63,880 bases of DNA, filler included, from a bacterium (GCA_040757115.1; 5 parts of 5 records of this genome joined end to end with filler, not necessarily neighbours in it), one strand, 5' to 3'; numbered from the whole stretch's first letter, positions 10,956 through 21,368 are shown. Notes: a model not told the origin generated them from the sequence alone. A program made the numbers and translations.

Positions 10956-11827
10956 GTCTCTTCAAGCCTCCTTGTCTTGCCCATAATTCCCTGCGGACGG
11001 AAGAGGAGAAACATAATCAGAATAGAGAAAGTGACCAGGTCTTGCCATCTGGCGGAGGTCTTCCAGATGACCATATTCTGGATTATACCTAAGAATAATC
11101 CACCCAGGGCAGCTCCGGTAAAGGTCTTTACTCCACCCACAATAACGGCCACCGCCGCTAAGAGAAAGATGGAAAGGCCCATATTGGGATCAATCCCTAC
11201 ATCTAAAGAGACAAGTGCCGCCCCAACACCAGCCAAAAGGGAACCTACTCCAAAGGCAATGATTCTTGTCTTCTCAACATCTATCCCTACCACTTCTGCC
11301 AGAAGGGCATTATTAGACAATCCCCTTAATGCCTTCCCAAGTCTTGTTTTCATTAGGAAGATATAAAAGATGGAAAAGAGAATAACAAAGGCTATGGCAT
11401 CCAAGACCTGAATCCGGGTCAGGATAATTGAACCAAAGTGGTAGGTTTTGCTTACCCGAGGGAAGATGACTTTGGTTTCGTTTCCAAAGAGGAGGGCAAT
11501 TAGGTTTTGAAGAAAGATATAGACACCAAGAGAGCTAATGATGTAAGTAGCTGGTGCGGCCTCCTTTTTTCTTAAAGGGGAGTAAATAAATACCTCTATC
11601 AGGATACCCAATAGAGTTGCTCCGGCCAGGGAGAGAAAAAGGCTTGTTAGAATGTTTGTCTTAAGATTGATAAAGAGGAGATAGAGAAGGTAAGCCCCAC
11701 TTGTATAAACAATCCCATGTGCAAAATGAAAAATCCCCGTAGCGCTATATATTAACCCAAAGCCCATAGCAACCAATGCGTAAACACATCCCATTACAAT
11801 ACCGTTAGATAGAAGCTGAATTAGCAA
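10952..11827 (-). CDS. livH: Branched-chain amino-acid ABC permease
   Basis: NGIVMGCVYALVAMGFGLIY, FAHG, LLFRPQG; TTG start with GGAGG RBS. Confidence 0.92.
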   Translation of the reverse strand: MLIQLLSNGIVMGCVYALVAMGFGLIYSATGIFHFAHGIVYTSGAYLLYLLFINLKTNILTSLFLSLAGATLLGILIEVFIYSPLRKKEAAPATYIISSLGVYIFLQNLIALLFGNETKVIFPRVSKTYHFGSIILTRIQVLDAIAFVILFSIFYIFLMKTRLGKALRGLSNNALLAEVVGIDVEKTRIIAFGVGSLLAGVGAALVSLDVGIDPNMGLSIFLLAAVAVIVGGVKTFTGAALGGLFLGIIQNMVIWKTSARWQDLVTFSILIMFLLFRPQGIMGKTRRLEET

Positions 11828-12086
11828 TTAAACCTCCTATACAAATAAAAATGAGAAGAACTTGCCCAAAGTTTAACTCCAAAAGTCAATAATCTCTTTC
11901 TTTTTGGACATCTTAATCGCTCCTAATTATAAAATATAGCATACTTTTAAATTAGTGACTCTACATTTGTAGCAAATTTGTAGCAGACTCTGTTCTTTCT
12001 TATAAGGGATACTGTGTCAGTCTGCCCCTAATTCTCTTTTCTTTTTTGAGACACATTTTGAGACATTTTTCACTAAATTGAGACAT

Positions 12087-12216
12087 TTATATTGCTCTAT
12101 ATCTTTTATCGCGTGTGGTTCCTTCAGCTTTTACATAACTTATCTTCTCTAACTTCTTAAAGTCTCTAAATGCGGTTTTTCTTGTAACATTGAACATCTT
12201 AGCATATTCCTTATTG
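12087..12216 (-). pseudogene. C-terminal wHTH fragment of an AlbA_2/RecG-C-type protein
   Basis: TNKEYAKMFNVTRKTAFRDFKKLEKISYVKAEGTTRDKRY; cut at the TIR at 12217. Confidence 0.6.
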
Positions 12217-12385
12217 GTAAGCGTTCAGGGTGTAATGAAGGAAAAATGGAAAAGTTGGGGAAAAGGGGAAATTATTTATTTATTTCCAGTCTCCGTATAT
12301 CCAGTTTAAAATCAGCAAAGTTGATTAACAAACCCATCTTTTTATCTACTGCTTTCAGATAGGATCTTACCTGTGCATAATACTT
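12217..12385. pseudogene. Solo TIR followed by the C-terminal fragment of a GxxExxY gene (minus strand)
   Basis: GTAAGCGTTCAG at 12217; minus frame YYAQVRSYLKAVDKKMGLLINFADFKLDIRRLE. Confidence 0.65.
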
Positions 12386-12544
12386 CTGATTTTATTGATT
12401 AGTATTTCTCTTTCTTCCTAAAAAAGTATTGACAAGCGTTGAGGGTATATATTATACTATCTGAAAGGGTATCGGCGTTTGAGGTAAATGAAGGTATTTA
12501 ATAAAGGGAAAAAGGAATTATAATCAAGGATCTTTCGAAAAGAT

Positions 12545-12768
12545 ATGAAAGAAACAAAACATAGTGAGTTTAAAAAATCAACCGGTGAGTGGAAAGAAAT
12601 TGTAGAAACGGTTTCTGCTTTTTCTAACACCGAAGAAGAATTTCGTTTTGATAAGCAAATTTGCAAGAATGCTAAAATACAGCACTGAGAGAATTAACCA
12701 GATTAAAAACACTAAACCTATTAATCCCAAAAGGCGTTGGAAGAGCAACCACCTATGTCCTTAAATGA
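12545..12768 (+). pseudogene. Internally deleted AlbA_2...wHTH gene
   Basis: N-terminus MKETKHSEFKKSTGEWKEIVETVSAFSNTE joined out of frame to C-terminus ALRELTRLKTLNLLIPKGVGRATTYVLK*. Confidence 0.6.
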
Positions 12769-12832
12769 TGCGGTGAATTTGCGGTGAAGCAAACTGAATG
12801 CAAAATGGTCTTTAAATATTAAAATCCAAAAT

Positions 12833-13238
12833 GTAACTATTCAGCCATTGATTGACACGGATTAGCACAGATAAATAGCAGAAGGCAGAGAGCAGAAGGC
12901 AGAGGACAGAAGACAGAGGTCAGAGGCGGGTTGTCCCCCGCTGGCGGGGGTTAGGGGGTGGTTGTCCCCCGCTGGCGGGGGATTAAGGGGGTGGAAATCT
13001 CTTCCACTGGCAGAGAATCAAGAAGGATAGAAAATAAAAGTTAGAAGGAGAAACGCTCATGAACCGTTGGTTCACAAATGAAGATGAAAATAGGTTTGAT
13101 GGTTCAGGTGAAATCAGGCTGAAGCCTGCGGCTGCCAGCCTTCCCGAGTCCCGAACCCCGAGTCCCGAGTCCCGATTTTCAGAAGAACCCTTCAACCTGA
13201 TTACGGACACGGAAAACGGACACGATTTACGAATTTTC
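12833..13238. mobile_element. Composite family B element with nested CCCCCGCTGGCGGGGG palindromes and a junction-bounded payload
   Basis: GTAACTATTCAG at 12833; B sequence resumes ~13188; interrupted at 13239 by family A. Confidence 0.75.
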
Positions 13239-13361
13239 GTAACCGTTCAGGCTATATATCAAAAGTGTAAGAAAGGGGATAAGGAGATAAGAGTGATATG
13301 GAGATAAGATAATAGAAATAGATTGAAATTTATAGAAATAGGTAGAAATTGATTGTGGAAA
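13239..13361 (+). mobile_element. Family A element (partial, contig end)
   Basis: Matches the first 123 nt of 41237-41474. Confidence 0.9.
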
Positions 13362-13461
13362 NNNNNNNNNNNNNNNNNNNNNNNNNNNNNNNNNNNNNNN
13401 NNNNNTTAATTAATTAANNNNNNNNNNNNNNNNNNNNNNNNNNNNNNNNNNNNNNNNNNNN
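13362..13461. other. Artificial contig linker (N44-TTAATTAATTAA-N44); also 26822-26921, 39774-39873, 52610-52709
   Basis: Identical all-frame stop linker in four gaps. Confidence 0.95.
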
Positions 13462-13784
13462 TGTCCACAACTTACCCACAATTGCTTGGATAACTCCTTT
13501 GGAGTTACCCACACTCTCCACATCACTACCAGTACTAATAATTAATTTTTTAATTTTATTTTCAACCCCCAACCCCCAATCTTGGGGGCTTTAATAAGGA
13601 ATTAGGATTGTGGCATTCAAAATGACCAACAATATATATTATACGAGGACGATGAAAATGTAGTTTTATGATTCGATGGTTTTATAGTTTAAGAAGATAA
13701 GCATGGACGCAGGATACAAGTCTGGAGATACTATACTAATTCACTAATCTCTAATTCACTAATTCGCTATTTTCAGGAGAAGAA

Positions 13785-14480
13785 ATGCTGAAGGTAGAAA
13801 ATCTTGAGGTTTATTATCATCATATCCATGCCCTTGCAGGGATTTCATTCGAGGTAAATGAGGGAGAGATTGTTGCCCTCTTAGGGGCTAATGGTGCGGG
13901 TAAAACAACAACTCTTGCCGCTATCTCAGGATTGGTAAAGATATGTAATGGGGCAATTAGATTTTTAGACCAGGACATTACCCCTTTAAAACCACATCAG
14001 ATTGTTCAACTTGGAATTACACAGGTGCCTGAAGGAAGAGGGATATTTGAACCATTAACCGTGATGGAAAATCTCCAACTTGGGGGTTGGACAAAAAAGA
14101 ACTCAAAAAAACAAATAGCCTATGTTTTTGAGATATTTCCACTTCTTTATGAGCGTCGGGCACAAGTCGCCGGCACATTAAGTGGTGGGGAACAACAAAT
14201 GTTAGCCATTGGCAGGGCTTTGGTTAGCAATCCTAAACTTTTACTCTTAGATGAACCATCTTTAGGATTAGCCCCTAAACTTATCGAGAGGATATTTAAA
14301 ACAATTGCACGGATTAATCAAGAAGGAACATCTATTCTCCTTGTAGAACAAAATGCTTATATGTCACTTAATATTGCTCATCGCGGGTATATTTTTGAAA
14401 CAGGGAAAATAATATTGGCGGGGAAAAGTGATGAACTTGTCCAAAATGAATTAGTGAAAAAGGCCTATTTAGGTCATTAA
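13785..14480 (+). CDS. livF: Branched-chain amino-acid ABC ATPase
   Basis: GANGAGKTT, VPEGR.IF, LSGGEQQMLAIGRAL, LDEPSLGLAP, LLVEQN. Confidence 0.95.
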   Translation: MLKVENLEVYYHHIHALAGISFEVNEGEIVALLGANGAGKTTTLAAISGLVKICNGAIRFLDQDITPLKPHQIVQLGITQVPEGRGIFEPLTVMENLQLGGWTKKNSKKQIAYVFEIFPLLYERRAQVAGTLSGGEQQMLAIGRALVSNPKLLLLDEPSLGLAPKLIERIFKTIARINQEGTSILLVEQNAYMSLNIAHRGYIFETGKIILAGKSDELVQNELVKKAYLGH

Positions 14481-14785
14481 CTTAAGCCGATGCCTATCAT
14501 CCGTGCCATTCTCTCGGCAACCCCCTCTATTATCTCTTCTTTTGTGAGAGAATGACTATTCAGTCGTTCGATGACCTCTGAGATTTTTTCCTGACGAATA
14601 TCAGGGATGGCAACCATTATCTTTTTTGCTAATTCTTTTGCTTCAACCCTCTCCTGTTGAATTCCTCTTGCCTGAGAAGAAATAGATACTTTATCTGCAA
14701 GTGCCGGATCATTCTCTATTCCTTTGGGTTTGACCCCATTTACCTCAGTTACTTTTGGTGTTAATGTAATTGGATTTACTACCAT
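14477..14785 (-). CDS. flgM: FlgM-like anti-sigma-28 factor
   Basis: DKVSISSQA...PDIRQEKI.EV pattern; small size. Confidence 0.6.
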   Translation of the reverse strand: MVVNPITLTPKVTEVNGVKPKGIENDPALADKVSISSQARGIQQERVEAKELAKKIMVAIPDIRQEKISEVIERLNSHSLTKEEIIEGVAERMARMIGIGLS

Positions 14786-14864
14786 AATTTTATCTCCCCT
14801 CCTTTTTTAATCGACATTTATTTAAAAAAACTTTAGTAAAATTTAAAAAAAAATTAACTTTTCT

Positions 14865-15410
14865 GTAACTATTCAGCATACCAAGCAAGTAGGAAGTAGG
14901 AAGTAGGAAAGGGGGAAAATACTTCATACTATTTTACTCTTAATTGATTTGATTAAACCTATAAGCATCCTACTCACTTCTTCAGATATATCCCAAATGG
15001 ATTGAAAATCTGGCAGATAATTAAGATCTTTAGATAGAATTAGATAATACCTTTCCTACTCTCCTACTTCCTACTTTCAGGGAAATCTCCCCCATTTCAC
15101 TGACGCATTACCTTAGTTCTTCAAGAGAGCCCTGGCTTATATTATAGGCATTTAACTTATTCTTTATGCCTTGTTTCTTAAAACCTTCTGCAATATTTGC
15201 TGGAATAGAAACAGCCGCTTTGCACATCTGTTGCACCAATCCATATTTTTCTTCAGTGGGGAAGTTTTTGGTTATTTCGTATATTCTTATCACTAAATGA
15301 TGGCTTTTTTGCCATACTACAAGTTGTCTAAAATCATCTAACTTCTCATTCATTTTCTTCCCCTTTCCTACTTCCCTACTCTCCTACTTTCCTACAGGGT
15401 GAATAGTTAC
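14865..15410. mobile_element. GTAAC-TIR element carrying a four-helix-bundle gene between AAGTAGG/CCTACTT heptamer arms
   Basis: GTAACTATTCA...TGAATAGTTAC; perfect 8-bp TSD ACTTTTCT. Confidence 0.9.
14924..15353 (-). pseudogene. Four-helix-bundle protein (TIGR02436/23S-IVP/Avd-like) interrupted by a 61-bp insertion
   Basis: FRQLVVWQKS..L...IY.IT..FP.EEKYGL..QM..AAVSIPANIAEG; continues RYYLILSKDLNY...MLIGLIKS after removing an insert flanked by TACCT repeats (15048, 15109). Confidence 0.85.
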
Positions 15411-15506
15411 ACTTTTCTTACCATTTCAAATATATCATAGAATTATATAGATGTCAATTCTAAACATAGCCTGGATTATCCAATTAGCGTTACGCCAGTT
15501 GGATAA

Positions 15507-16640
15507 TTAACGCTTTGCTTGCTCTAATATCCAGCGTTTGAAAAAGATATCACAAATTATGTATTGGCCATTTTCCTTTTCTATTAGTTCTTTTTCCATT
15601 AGTCCCTTGAGTGCCTTTTGAACACTTGAAGGTGCTCCCAGATTATATCTTCTTAAGAAATCAGTTGAGAATACTTCTGCCTTTTCTTGTTGACTTAAAC
15701 CTGCCAGAACCTGTTTTTGTTTTAGAGTCAAGGTATCCCAAATAGTGGCAAAAAGGGTTGATTCTTTCTTAAGCAATCCCAAAAGAGCCAGAGCAACACT
15801 CTTTTCTTCTACTTTTACCTGGTCGCTATATTCATCCCATAAAATATGGCAGAGATATTGAGTATAATAAGGATGGCATTCAGAGATTTCTACAATTTTT
15901 TCTATGGTTTTGTCTTCTATCTGAATCTGGCTTCTTTTGAAGTGGTATTTAATAAACGAAATAAGATTACCTTTTTCTATTTTTCCCAATGGGAAGTGCT
16001 TGCCACTTTTATAAAAAGGCCTGTTGAGATTGTAAAACATATCAAACATTAGATGGTGTTTACTTCCCATAAAGATGTAACTTACATTTCGATGAGATTG
16101 AAATACAGAGCGCATCTTTTTCTCTATTTCATCATCCCCATAATTAGCAATCTCTTGAAATTCATCAAAAACCACCACACCATTCATTCCTCTTCTATCC
16201 GCTTCTTTCTTAACCGCGGTGAGTAAATCATCTAATATTGGGCTAATATTGGTAGTTTTATCATATTCAAATTCAACCTCTGGCAGATTATCAGGTCGAA
16301 TTACTATCTTAGGAAGCAAACGGGGTAATAGTTCTTTTATCCTTTCCATAACTACTTCAATTTTACCCTTAATACTCTGACTTAAAGCTCGAGCATAAAC
16401 TTCTATAAACTTTTCTTTTGTGATAGCCGGATACAAATCAATATAGGCAATGAGAAAAGGTCTATTCTGAAGATTTCTAATCACTTCCTTAATAAGAGAA
16501 GTTTTTCCATATCGTCTGGGAGAGAAAATAATTATATTTTCTCCATTTTCGATATCTTTTACCAGTTCAGCGATTTCATCTTTTCGGTTACAAAAGGCGT
16601 TTCCAGAAACCTCTTCTCCATAAATAAAAGGATTCTTCAT
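15507..16640 (-). CDS. P-loop ATPase (ATPase_2/archaeal-ATPase type) with C-terminal wHTH
   Basis: MKNPF.YG, F.NR..E, SPRRYGKTS, VVFDEFQ; start moved to MKNPF. Confidence 0.85.
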   Translation of the reverse strand: MKNPFIYGEEVSGNAFCNRKDEIAELVKDIENGENIIIFSPRRYGKTSLIKEVIRNLQNRPFLIAYIDLYPAITKEKFIEVYARALSQSIKGKIEVVMERIKELLPRLLPKIVIRPDNLPEVEFEYDKTTNISPILDDLLTAVKKEADRRGMNGVVVFDEFQEIANYGDDEIEKKMRSVFQSHRNVSYIFMGSKHHLMFDMFYNLNRPFYKSGKHFPLGKIEKGNLISFIKYHFKRSQIQIEDKTIEKIVEISECHPYYTQYLCHILWDEYSDQVKVEEKSVALALLGLLKKESTLFATIWDTLTLKQKQVLAGLSQQEKAEVFSTDFLRRYNLGAPSSVQKALKGLMEKELIEKENGQYIICDIFFKRWILEQAKR

Positions 16641-16944
16641 CTGTTTTACTGCTACGGATACGAATTTGCTTTCTGAGCGTTTTGTGTATTTATTCATTTT
16701 TGCATCTTCTGATGACATTTTAGCAGAAATTTTGTCCTATGTCAACAAAAACTTTCAACCTGTATGGTTAGAAATTAGGAGATAATATTTTGGGGACGCT
16801 GTCCCCAATCCCCCCGTAGGCGTTAACTTAAGAGACAAAATATAACATGGAATATTCTGGCATACCTTTTAAATCCTTGTTAAGGTAGTAGAGCGTAGGA
16901 GAGCAAATATCTTCTATCAGTTTGTAATTCTGTGATAGAACTGT

Positions 16945-17122
16945 GTAATGTCAGTCGTCAGTGGCGTGGGGGGATTAACCTGACTTTTAGAAGAAATCAC
17001 GGAAACACAGAAATGATGAAACACGGAAAATTGATTTTTACTCTGTGTTTCTGTCCTTCCGTGTTTCTGTGGTAACAACTCTCATTTTCAAGAGAACGCC
17101 CCCCATTTCACTGACCCATTAC
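16945..17122. mobile_element. Palindromic element with GTAATG..TCAGT ends and CACGGAAACAC arms
   Basis: Right end CCCCCATTTCACTGACCCATTAC matches the insert in the four-helix-bundle gene (~15089-15111). Confidence 0.55.
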
Positions 17123-17281
17123 AACTATACTTCATTTCCTCATAAATTATACTTAATTAGGCAGAGATCTGAAAACAGAAGATAGACTTCTATCTTCTGA
17201 CCTCTGTTCTCTGTCTATAGTTATAAACTAAAGGAATCACCAGGAACTTTTAAGAAATCACAATAATTGTTAAAATTTTTC

Positions 17282-17310
17282 TTGACGAATAACAATAAAT
17301 CTTGTATACT
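17282..17310 (+). promoter_or_regulatory. Sigma70-type promoter
   Basis: TTGACG-17 bp-TATACT. Confidence 0.65.
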
Positions 17311-17342
17311 TAAAATAATAAATTTAAAGGAGGTTGTTTAGA

Positions 17343-18503
17343 ATGGGTTTATGGATAGGAAGAGGTCGTAAGGCGCGAAGATGCTATGGATTTGATGAAA
17401 TCGCTATAGCACCTGGCGTTGTAACTATTGACCCGGATGATGTTGATATTCATTTTAGATTAGGAAATTTAAAATTTGAGATTCCGATTATTGCCGCGGC
17501 AATGGATGGAGTTGTAGATGTAGAATTTGCTATTGAAATGAGTAAATTAGGTGGTTTGGCAGTTTTAAACTTAGAAGGTATTCAAACTCGATATGGGAAT
17601 CCGAAAAGTGTTATTGATAAAATTGTCTCTGTCCCTCCAGAAGAAGCAACTAATATCCTTCAACAGATATATGAAGAACCTATTAAAGAAGAGTTGATTG
17701 AAAAGAGGATAAAAGAAATTAAATCGGCAAACGCTATCGCCGCCGTGTCCTCAATTCCACAACGAGCAGAAAGATTCGCTCAAATTGCTCAAGATGCAGG
17801 AGCAGATATATTTGTTGTTCAATCAACTGTAACCACAGCAAAATATATCTCAAAAGATAAACCTTTTTTAAACTTTAAAGAATTAAAAAAGAAATTATCC
17901 ATTCCATTAATCGTGGGTAATTGTGTTACTTACGAAGCCAGTCTTGAGATTCTGAGAACAGGCATTGATGGTTTATTAGTTGGAGTAGGCCCTGGAACCG
18001 CCTGCACAACTCGTGGAGTATTAGGCATAGGAGTTCCCCAGGTTAGTGCCACGGTTGATTGTGCCGCGGCAAGAGATTTCTATTATAAACAAACAGGAAG
18101 ATATATTCCGATTATCACTGATGGGGGGATGTCGGTAGGTGGGGATGTATGTAAGGCATTTGCGGCTGGTGCAGATGCGGTAATGATTGGCTCATCATTT
18201 GCTAAGGCTAAAGAATCACCTGGAAAAGGCTACCATTGGGGAATGGCAATGCCTCACCGTAATCTACCACGAGGCACTCGAATTTATGTCGGGACTGCCT
18301 CGAAATTAGAAGAAATACTCTACGGGCCTGCTCATTTAGATGATGGCTCACAAAATCTCGTCGGCGCTCTTAGAACCGCAATGGGTATGTGTGGAGCGAA
18401 AAATATAAGAGAAATGCAGTTGGTCGAATTGATTATCGCCCCGGCAATCAAAACCGAAGGTAAAATATTCCAAAAAGCCCAAAGAATAGGAATGGGAAAA
18501 TAA
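17343..18503 (+). CDS. guaB3: GuaB3-family IMP dehydrogenase-related protein
   Basis: IGRGRKARR.YGFDEIAI.PG, VGVGPG.ACTTRGVLGIGVPQ, GYHWGMA. Confidence 0.9.
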   Translation: MGLWIGRGRKARRCYGFDEIAIAPGVVTIDPDDVDIHFRLGNLKFEIPIIAAAMDGVVDVEFAIEMSKLGGLAVLNLEGIQTRYGNPKSVIDKIVSVPPEEATNILQQIYEEPIKEELIEKRIKEIKSANAIAAVSSIPQRAERFAQIAQDAGADIFVVQSTVTTAKYISKDKPFLNFKELKKKLSIPLIVGNCVTYEASLEILRTGIDGLLVGVGPGTACTTRGVLGIGVPQVSATVDCAAARDFYYKQTGRYIPIITDGGMSVGGDVCKAFAAGADAVMIGSSFAKAKESPGKGYHWGMAMPHRNLPRGTRIYVGTASKLEEILYGPAHLDDGSQNLVGALRTAMGMCGAKNIREMQLVELIIAPAIKTEGKIFQKAQRIGMGK

Positions 18504-18516
18504 GAGAGAAAGTTTA

Positions 18517-18758
18517 TATAGCAGTTATTAGTCAAAATTTTATTCAGGGTGGATAAGTAAAAAATCCCAAATCCCAAGCACCAAATCCCAAATAAGCACC
18601 AAATTCCACATACCAAAAAGCGAATTAGAGATTAGTGAATTAGAGATTAGATTTTACTAATTCGCTAATTCGCTTAATTCACTAATTCACTAAATGGAAT
18701 TTGTGATTTGGAATTTCATAGCCATATCTGGGTCAAATTCCGATTAATAAGTGCTATA
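18517..18758. mobile_element. TATAGCA-ended miniature element with nested 7-mer and 8-mer hairpin arms
   Basis: TATAGCAGTTATTA...TAATAAGTGCTATA; AAATCCC/GGAATTT outer arms, GAATTAG/CTAATTC inner arms. Confidence 0.6.
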
Positions 18759-18857
18759 GTAGATAGTTTATAGTTGATGATAGATAGTATAGCAACTATC
18801 AACTAATTTTCAGAAGGACATTTATACCGATAAGGTTCGGTACAAGGGAGGGAAAAT

Positions 18858-19796
18858 ATGACAACTTACTTAATTACTGGGGGGGCAGGTTTTATTGGCT
18901 CAAATATTGCTGCCAGATTAATTAAAGAAGACGGAAGTAAGGTTAAAATCTTAGATAATTTTTCTACTGGTAAGATGGAAAACATTAACCAGTTTTTAGA
19001 CAAAATAGAAGTAATTGAAGGAGATATAACCAACTTAAAAACAGTCAAAAAGGCGTTAGAAGGGGTAAATTACTGCTTTCATCAAGCCGCATTACCATCA
19101 GTCGAGCGTTCTGTTAAAGACCCGTTTACCTCAAATGAGGTAAATATTACAGGCACTTTAAATGTTTTAATTGCGGCAAGAGATGCAGGCGTTCAACGAG
19201 TAATTTACGCCTCATCCTCATCTGTTTATGGAGATACACCTGTTTTACCTAAACGGGAAGATATGAAGCCTTCTCCACTTTCTCCTTATGCCGTAACAAA
19301 ACTTACCGCAGAAGAATACTGCCAGTTATTTTATTCCATCTATGGATTAGAAACTATTTCCTTAAGATACTTTAATGTCTTTGGTCCTAATCAAGACCCA
19401 ACATCTCCTTATGCCGCGGTTATATCAAAGTTTGTGACAGCAATGCTGACAGGAAAAGAGGTTTTAATTTATGGCGATGGAGGGCAATCAAGAGATTTTA
19501 CCTATATCGATAATGTCGTTTCTGCTAATGTCTTAGCCACTAAGACGACTGAAGGACTTGGCGAAATATTTAATATTGCCTGTGGACAAAGGGTGACGGT
19601 TAATGAATTAGCCAGACATATCGCCAGAATACTCAATGTCGAGATTAAACCACAACATGTTGACCCAAGACCTGGAGATGTTAGACATTCTCTGGCTGAT
19701 ATATCAAAGGCACAGGCTTTTCTCGAATATGAACCTGAAGTTGGCTTTGAAGAAGGCTTACGCTTGACAATAGAATGGTATAAAAATAGGGTTTAG
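18858..19796 (+). CDS. NAD-dependent epimerase (WbpP/UDP-GlcNAc 4-epimerase-like extended SDR)
   Basis: GGAGFIGS, HQAALPSV.RS, YAVTK, RYFNVFGP.QDP. Confidence 0.9.
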   Translation: MTTYLITGGAGFIGSNIAARLIKEDGSKVKILDNFSTGKMENINQFLDKIEVIEGDITNLKTVKKALEGVNYCFHQAALPSVERSVKDPFTSNEVNITGTLNVLIAARDAGVQRVIYASSSSVYGDTPVLPKREDMKPSPLSPYAVTKLTAEEYCQLFYSIYGLETISLRYFNVFGPNQDPTSPYAAVISKFVTAMLTGKEVLIYGDGGQSRDFTYIDNVVSANVLATKTTEGLGEIFNIACGQRVTVNELARHIARILNVEIKPQHVDPRPGDVRHSLADISKAQAFLEYEPEVGFEEGLRLTIEWYKNRV

Positions 19797-20062
19797 GAAT
19801 AAGTTATGGCGAAACGCAGAAATAAAGGGACTCGGGACTCGGGACTCGGGACTCGGGAATAAAAGAATCCCCTAACCCCGAAATCCAAATCCCGAACCCC
19901 GATTTTCAGGGGAGAAGGCTCATGAACCGTGGATTCACAACAGGAGAATGAAAATAGGGAAAAAAACAGGTGGAGGAAAGATTTTCTCTCTACTATCTAC
20001 TTTCTACTCTCTACTTCCTATTTTTAGGAGAAATAAGTCATTTAACTATTTTCTTGAAAAAT

Positions 20063-20581
20063 ATGAGGGGTGAAATAAAAATTAATAAAAACAAAGCCGT
20101 TTTCCTGGACCGCGATGGTGTGATTAATAAAAAAATAATTGGCGATTATGTAAAATGCTGGGAGGAATTTGAATTTCTACCAGGTGTTAAACAAGCAATA
20201 AAATTGTTGAATCAATCTCAATTTAAGGTGATTGTAGTTACCAACCAGGCATGTATTGGTAAAGGAATCATCAAAGAAGAACAACTACAACAAATTCATC
20301 AACAGATGCTCAATGAACTAAAGGATTATGGCTCTTCTATAGACGCAATTTATTACTGCCCACATCTTACTGAAGATAATTGTAATTGTAGAAAACCCAA
20401 ACATGGAATGTTAGAATTGGCAGATAGAGACTTTCAGATAGATTTTAAAAACTCATGGTTGATTGGAGATGAAGATAAAGATATAGAAGCAGGCAAAAGG
20501 GTAGGTTGTAAAACTTGCTATGTAACTCATGAGAAAGGATTACTTCAAATCGTAAAAGAGATTATAGGAGAGAGAAGTTAA
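20063..20581 (+). CDS. gmhB: D-glycero-D-manno-heptose 1,7-bisphosphate phosphatase (HAD IIIA)
   Basis: FLDRDGVIN, VTNQ, CPH...CNCRKP, IGD..KD; the upstream part of the supplied ORF is repeat-derived. Confidence 0.85.
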   Translation: MRGEIKINKNKAVFLDRDGVINKKIIGDYVKCWEEFEFLPGVKQAIKLLNQSQFKVIVVTNQACIGKGIIKEEQLQQIHQQMLNELKDYGSSIDAIYYCPHLTEDNCNCRKPKHGMLELADRDFQIDFKNSWLIGDEDKDIEAGKRVGCKTCYVTHEKGLLQIVKEIIGERS

Positions 20582-20598
20582 AAGGAGGACAGAGGGAA

Positions 20599-20835
20599 AT
20601 GAACTTATGGGAATCATTAGCCCTGGTAGGCACAGCGGCGACAATATTAGGGGTATTTTTGACTGTCTATGGGGTAGTGAATAATAAAACACTAAAGAAT
20701 GAAACCAAATTAACACGAGAAACAATAGAAGAAGAGGGTAAGTTGACACGAGAGATGATTAAAGAAACTACTGAATATTTAGGTAGGCTAATTGTGGCTG
20801 ACGGAGATAGAACCCGTCTGGCTATGAGTAAGTAG
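20599..20835 (+). CDS. Small membrane-anchored coiled-coil protein, copy 1
   Basis: AGGAGG RBS, N-terminal TM helix; three near-identical copies. Confidence 0.75.
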   Translation: MNLWESLALVGTAATILGVFLTVYGVVNNKTLKNETKLTRETIEEEGKLTREMIKETTEYLGRLIVADGDRTRLAMSK

Positions 20836-21004
20836 AAAAGTTATCATACAGCAAATATAGAGAGAAGAAAGGTTATCTTTCTTTGAACCTGAAATTTGAA
20901 ATTTATTCGGGATTTGGTGTCTGGAATTTGGAATTTCTGGGTGAATACCACCATCCGTCCAGTTAAAGATGTAGGTAAAGATTAGAAAAGGAGGATACAG
21001 GGAA

Positions 21005-21307
21005 ATGAACTTATGGGAATCATTAGCCCTGGTAGGCACAGCGGCGACAATATTAGGGGTATTTTTGACTGTCTATGGGGTAGTGAATAATAAAACACTA
21101 AAGCATGAAACCAAATTAACACGAGAAACAATAGAAGAAGAGGGTAAGTTGACACGAGAGATGATTAAAGAAACTACTGAATATTTAAGCAGGTTGAGTA
21201 AAGAAACTACTGAATATTTAAGCAGGTTGAGTAAAGAAACTACTGAATATTTAGGTAGGCTAATTGTGGCTGACGGAGATAGAACCCGTCTGACTATGAG
21301 TAAGTAG
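21005..21307 (+). CDS. Small membrane-anchored coiled-coil protein, copy 2 (two extra 11-aa repeats)
   Basis: As copy 1 plus two 33-bp in-frame repeats KETTEYLSRLS. Confidence 0.75.
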   Translation: MNLWESLALVGTAATILGVFLTVYGVVNNKTLKHETKLTRETIEEEGKLTREMIKETTEYLSRLSKETTEYLSRLSKETTEYLGRLIVADGDRTRLTMSK

Positions 21308-21368
21308 AAAAGTTATCATACAGCAAATATAGAGAGAAGAAAGGTTATCTTTCTTTGAACCTGGAATT

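Noticed and set aside
13406-13417. TTAATTAATTAA palindrome inside four N gaps
   Set aside because: Artificial contig-joining linker; adjacency across it (e.g. livHM with livF, CRISPR with porV) is not evidence
13462-13525. DnaA-box-like words (TTACCCACA x2, TGTCCACA) suggesting oriC
   Set aside because: All imperfect, at a contig edge, no dnaA/dnaN nearby; better explained as an IS-end-like hairpin
14924-15353. Diversity-generating retroelement (Avd-like gene; variable HEAT repeats)
   Set aside because: No reverse transcriptase, no TR/VR pair, and repeat differences are not adenine-specific
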